DNA from: Planctomycetota bacterium
GTDB lineage: Bacteria; Planctomycetota; UBA1135; UBA2386
NCBI GenBank assembly: GCA_046290465.1
Contig: JBKAGP010000001.1
Span: forward strand, 1,632,001-1,696,000
Length of the DNA stretch: 64,000 bases
Reading direction: 5' to 3'
Shown here: one piece after another, positions 59,868 to 64,000 of the stretch
Position numbering within the stretch: position 1 is the first letter of the stretch
Layout: every line of letters starts with the position of its first letter
Notes under the pieces: generated by a model
The model's input: the letters and a program-made list of their open reading frames with translations, nothing else
Told to the model about the DNA's origin: nothing
Database searches by the model: none
Made by a program: the position numbers and the translations under genes

Positions 59868-60745
59868 ACGACGGCCGCAGCAGCCTCGAACAGCACCTGC
59901 AGCTCTGGGCGGAGGCCTACGGGCCCGACCTGGCCGTGCCCAGAGGGCAGGCAGAGCCCAAGGGCCAGGTGGAGCCGCGACGGGCCGCCCCGCCCGCGGC
60001 CGAGGCTGCCGCCCCGCAGCCGGCGGCAGCAACCCCGGCGGCCGCAACCCCGGCCGCAGCAACCCCGGCCGCGCCGGCGCCGCCGCCCGGGCAGCCGTCC
60101 ACCGCCGCCCGACCTGCGCGCCCCGCCGAAGCAGCGCCGCAACCCGCTGCCGAAGAACAGGATGAAGCGGTAGCCGCGCTGCGCGCGCTGCGCTCCGAAG
60201 TGCTGCCGTGCACCAGGTGCAAGCTGCACATGGGTCGCCGCATGACGGTGTTCGGCGAAGGCAACCCGCACGCGCGGGTGATGTTCATCGGCGAGGCCCC
60301 CGGCGCCAAGGAGGACCAGTCGGGGCGCCCGTTCGTCGGCCCGGCCGGCCAGCTTCTCGACCGCATCATCGAGGGAGCCATGGGATTACGGCGACAGGAC
60401 GTGTTCATCGCCAACATCAACAAGTGCCGCCCGCCCAACAACCGCGCACCAGAGGCCGACGAGGTCGCGGCGTGCCTGCCGTTCTTGAAGCAGCAGGTCG
60501 AGATCGTCCGGCCGGAGGTGCTGGTGTGCCTGGGCCGCACCGCCGCGCAGAACCTGCTCGGCTCGACCGAGTCGACCACCGCGATGCGGCGCCGCCAGCA
60601 CGAGTACGCCGACACCCCGGTGATCGTGACCTGGCACCCGGCCTACCTGCTGCGCGAGCCGTCGCGCAAGCGGGAGACCTGGGAGGACATCAAGAAGGTC
60701 AACAAGCTGCTCGGTCTGCCAGAAGTGCCGCCCACCAAGGCGTAG
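59864..60745 (+). CDS. Uracil-DNA glycosylase family 4 (Fe-S)
   Basis: CTRCKL, IGEAPG..ED..GRPFVG, KCRPP.NR, HPAYLLR; Pro/Ala linker. Confidence 0.93.
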   Translation: MNDGRSSLEQHLQLWAEAYGPDLAVPRGQAEPKGQVEPRRAAPPAAEAAAPQPAAATPAAATPAAATPAAPAPPPGQPSTAARPARPAEAAPQPAAEEQDEAVAALRALRSEVLPCTRCKLHMGRRMTVFGEGNPHARVMFIGEAPGAKEDQSGRPFVGPAGQLLDRIIEGAMGLRRQDVFIANINKCRPPNNRAPEADEVAACLPFLKQQVEIVRPEVLVCLGRTAAQNLLGSTESTTAMRRRQHEYADTPVIVTWHPAYLLREPSRKRETWEDIKKVNKLLGLPEVPPTKA

Positions 60746-60818
60746 GCCGCCGCTGCCGGGCCGTTCGCCGGCAGGGCGAATCTCTCCGCAAACTCGGAGG
60801 GAAGGGCTTGTTGCAACC

Positions 60819-60847
60819 TTGACCGACCCATCGCAGGTCGATAGGGT
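60819..60847 (+). promoter_or_regulatory. Putative sigma-70 promoter of the secretin gene
   Basis: TTGACC-N17-TAGGGT, about 280 nt upstream of the ATG. Confidence 0.55.
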
Positions 60848-61133
60848 CCGGCGTCCCTACGGCCTCTTTGCGTCCCGAGGAGGTCTGGGCTCACCCGGAG
60901 CAACGGGTCGCTTCTCTCTCCCCTCCCCGTCGTCTGTGGCATGCAGGACGGTCCGAGAACGGCGGCGCGCCAACCGAAGTGAGTGCTCTTTGCTCCGCTG
61001 GTTCCGGCCCGACGCTGCGCGCGCAGCCGAGTGCCGAACGCGTCCCGCGCCGCCCTCACGAACGCGCGGCTGCGCACCTTCGGAGCCACCAAAGCCCCCC
61101 TCTCCCCGATCGCCACTTTTGCAGGCATTCAGC

Positions 61134-63752
61134 ATGATCAAGGTTCAGACCCTGCGCTTGCGCGGCCTCTGTGCGTCCTCCCTGTTGGCCCTCGCCGCTT
61201 GCTCCGGCACGCCGACGGACTTCGTTGACGTCCAGACCGGCTCTTCCGAAGGCACCCCGCTGACGAAGACGACCACCCTCGACGACATCACCTACGGCGT
61301 CCAAGACCCGCAAGGCCAAGACCCGCAAGGGCGCGCCGCCCTCGTCAAGAAGGCGGTCGAGAACGCTCGCCGTTCGCTCGAGCTGCGCCTGTTCGAGGAC
61401 GCCCGCAACGAAGCCGCGTTCGCGCTCGAACTCGACTCGAACAACGCCGAGGCGCGCGACATCCTGCGTCGCTGCCGTCAGGTGCTCGGCGAGGAGACCA
61501 ACGCCGGCGACAACAGCTTCCGCAACCTGGTGATGACCGAGCGCATCAAGCAGGAACGGGAGCGCGCGCTGGTCAACAACGAGATCGCCCTCGGCAAGGC
61601 CGAGATGGACCTCGAGAACTACGGCCGCGCGATCGACCGCTTCGAGCGCGCCGTCACGGCCCTGCGCTTCTCGGCCTACGTGCAGCCCAACGACCCGCTT
61701 CGCACCGAAGCCGAGTCGCTGCTCGAGCAGGCTCGCCAGGCCAGCCGCAGCGCGCTGCAGCAGGCCGAGCAGGACGCCAAGGCCGCCAGTGAGGCCGAGC
61801 TCGCCCGCATCGCGCGCGACCGGGAGATCGCCCGCGAGCTGAGCGTCGAGCGCCTGCTGGAAGCCGCCAACGTCAAGTTCCAGAACGGCGAGTACGCCGA
61901 CTCGGTCAACCTGGTCGACCAGGCCCTGCGCCTCGACCCGATCAACCCGACGGCGATGGCGCTCCGCGACCTCGCCGACCGCGCGCGCCACAACGCGCAG
62001 ATGGACCTCAACCGCGAGCGCTGGCGCACCGAGTGGAACAAGACGTTCACCGAGCTGAAGCACAGCGCCGTGCCGCAGACCGAGACGGTCGTGTTCGACC
62101 CGTCGCGCTGGGCGGTCGTCAACCAGCGCAAGCCGGCCAGCTACGCGCAGGCCGAGTCGCTCGAGTCGCCGCAGAACCAGGCGGTGCAGAAGCTGCTGAA
62201 CGAGACCGTGCTCGAGCACAACTTCGCCAGCGCCACCGTCGAGGACTGGGCCAACTACTACGCCCAGGTCACCGGCGCGACGTTCTTCGTCAGCGAAGAC
62301 GTCAAGGGCATGGACGCCGAGACGACCACGCTCAACGAGTTCCGCCTGCCGCGCCGCTCGGTCGCGGGCGCGCTGAAGGCCATCCAGGCCACGACTGGCG
62401 TCGCCTACAAGATCAAGGACGGCCTGGTCATGCTGGTCACGCCGGAGAACGCGATCGGCAAGCTCGACCTGCAGCCGTTCAACGTCACCGAGCTGGTCTC
62501 GGGCGTGCAGAGCAAGCCGGGTCCCGACCTGCGCCTGAAGGTGCCGGGCGACGACGCGCCGCTGTTCCCCGAGGTCGATGAGGAGCCGCAGCCGTCGGTC
62601 GTCGACGACACCCGTCTGGTCGAGCTGCTGCAGGCGACGATCGCCCCCGACAAGTGGGAAGGCTCGCCGTTCACGATGAACTTCCAGGGCGGCGTGCTCT
62701 ACGTGCGCGCCGACCGCCCGACGCTCGAAGCCGTCGGCAAGCTGCTCAACGAGCTGCGCCGCCACGTCGGCATCCAGATCGACATCGAGTCGCGCTTCCT
62801 GAGCGTCGAGGACAGCTTCCTCGAGGACGTCGGCATCGACCTCCGCGGCCTGGGCAACCAGAGCGCGCAGGGCCTCGCCGGTCGCGGCCTCGAGAAGCAG
62901 GGCGACCGCTCGAACGCCGGCTTCGACGACTTCGGCCCCCGCCAGCAGCAGAACGCCGCGGTGCCCGGCATCGTCGGCACCGGCACCGAGCCGGGCATCT
63001 TCTTCGACGACGGCGAGGACGGCGACGCGATGGCCCGCGTCGAGAACCTGTTCAACTCGACGCTCGGCGGCCGCAACGGCGGCCTGACGAACGCCGGCGG
63101 CCTGTCGCTGCAATACGCCTTCCTCGACGACACCGAGGTCGAGGTCGTGCTGCGTGCGGTCAGCAAGCAGGAGCGTTCGGAGCAGATCGAGGCGCCGCGC
63201 CTGCTGGTGTTCAACAACACCCGCGCGTCGATGCACTTCCTGCGGAACATCAGCTACATCCGCGACTTCGAGGTCGAAATCGCGCAGGCGGCGGCGGTGG
63301 CCAACCCGGTCATCGGCACCGTGCACGACGGCGTCGCGCTGGACGTGCGCCCCGTCGTCGACAGCGACCTGAAGTTCATCACGATGGAGCTCCGCCCCAC
63401 CGTGATGGCGCTGCAGCTGCCGATCCCGACGTTCACGACGACGCTCGGCGTCGGCCAGCCGATCTCGATCCAGCTGCCGGAGGTCACCCTCCAGCGCGTC
63501 CGCACGACGGTCACCGTCCCGGACGGCAGCACGATGATGCTCGGCGGCATGCGCCTCGTGGAGCGCCAGAACCTGCGTTCGACGGTCCCGCTGCTCGGCA
63601 GCCTGCCGGGCCTCAGCTGGCTGTTCAGCCGCAACGGCACGTCGGTCCAGAACCGCAAGATGCTGATCCTGATCCGCAGCAAGATCGTGCTGATGGAAGA
63701 GCTCGAGCCGGATCCGGCGACCCTGCCGACCGACATCATCTCGATGCGCTAG
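61134..63752 (+). CDS. Lipoprotein secretin (type II/III secretion D-like) with N-terminal TPRs
   Basis: Lipobox LAAC; QIDIESRFL, APRLLVFN, GVALDVRPVV, TTVTVPDG..LGG, VPLLGSLP..WLF. Confidence 0.88.
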   Translation: MIKVQTLRLRGLCASSLLALAACSGTPTDFVDVQTGSSEGTPLTKTTTLDDITYGVQDPQGQDPQGRAALVKKAVENARRSLELRLFEDARNEAAFALELDSNNAEARDILRRCRQVLGEETNAGDNSFRNLVMTERIKQERERALVNNEIALGKAEMDLENYGRAIDRFERAVTALRFSAYVQPNDPLRTEAESLLEQARQASRSALQQAEQDAKAASEAELARIARDREIARELSVERLLEAANVKFQNGEYADSVNLVDQALRLDPINPTAMALRDLADRARHNAQMDLNRERWRTEWNKTFTELKHSAVPQTETVVFDPSRWAVVNQRKPASYAQAESLESPQNQAVQKLLNETVLEHNFASATVEDWANYYAQVTGATFFVSEDVKGMDAETTTLNEFRLPRRSVAGALKAIQATTGVAYKIKDGLVMLVTPENAIGKLDLQPFNVTELVSGVQSKPGPDLRLKVPGDDAPLFPEVDEEPQPSVVDDTRLVELLQATIAPDKWEGSPFTMNFQGGVLYVRADRPTLEAVGKLLNELRRHVGIQIDIESRFLSVEDSFLEDVGIDLRGLGNQSAQGLAGRGLEKQGDRSNAGFDDFGPRQQQNAAVPGIVGTGTEPGIFFDDGEDGDAMARVENLFNSTLGGRNGGLTNAGGLSLQYAFLDDTEVEVVLRAVSKQERSEQIEAPRLLVFNNTRASMHFLRNISYIRDFEVEIAQAAAVANPVIGTVHDGVALDVRPVVDSDLKFITMELRPTVMALQLPIPTFTTTLGVGQPISIQLPEVTLQRVRTTVTVPDGSTMMLGGMRLVERQNLRSTVPLLGSLPGLSWLFSRNGTSVQNRKMLILIRSKIVLMEELEPDPATLPTDIISMR

Positions 63753-63794
63753 GCAGCTGCATCACCGGCCGGTGGACCCACCAGCCAGAAGAAG

Positions 63795-63831
63795 ACGGCC
63801 GGCATCGCAAGATGCCGGCCGTTTCGGTTTT
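63795..63831 (+). terminator. Rho-independent terminator
   Basis: ACGGCCGGCATC-GCAA-GATGCCGGCCGT followed by TTCGGTTTT. Confidence 0.8.
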
Positions 63832-63915
63832 GCGCGCATGCCGGCCCGGCGCCCTCCGACGCCCGCGACGTGCGCCGCGACCGCGGCGGCCCGCCCCTCC
63901 CCCGCCGACGCCGCC

Positions 63916-63943
63916 TTGGAACACATGAACCCATCGCTATCCT
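63916..63943 (+). promoter_or_regulatory. Putative promoter for a gene beyond the window
   Basis: TTGGAA-N16-TATCCT. Confidence 0.35.
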
Positions 63944-64000
63944 GCGCCGTTCCACCCCTCGGCGGAGTGCGGCTTTGGCCCCCGAACCCGCACTCTGATC

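Overview
High-GC (~70%) bacterial chromosomal window, most likely from a Planctomycetota lineage (inferred from the PVC-type small basic protein, the long bL28, ECF sigma/Ser-Thr kinase pairing and many TPR lipoproteins). It has about 47 real genes; most long ORFs in the track are GC-rich shadow frames. Housekeeping genes: rpsA, cmk, plsC, lpxH, rpmB, pnp, queE, feoAB, family-4 UDG. Signalling genes: two sigma-54 activators, a histidine kinase, four ECF sigma factors (two fused to large exported domains), a Ser/Thr kinase, PilZ and a degenerate GGDEF protein. Envelope genes: an Mla/MCE ABC operon, TPR lipoproteins, a TMTC-like GT-C and a lipoprotein secretin. No rRNA, tRNA, CRISPR or IS element was seen. 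The best novel candidate is a ~290-nt minus-strand structured RNA (about 14513-14805) with its own -35/-10 promoter and terminator. Four of its hairpin loops display CUGAC, and a long G-U-rich stem presents a C-rich anti-Shine-Dalgarno-like loop, which suggests a protein-sponge or base-pairing sRNA. Other highlights: a single in-frame TAG splitting an internally duplicated TPR lipoprotein, tandem sigma-54 promoters facing a divergent two-component system, a Fur-like box at feoAB, and a UUCG-hairpin rpsA leader. All calls come from manual motif reading; no database searches were run and start codons are estimates.
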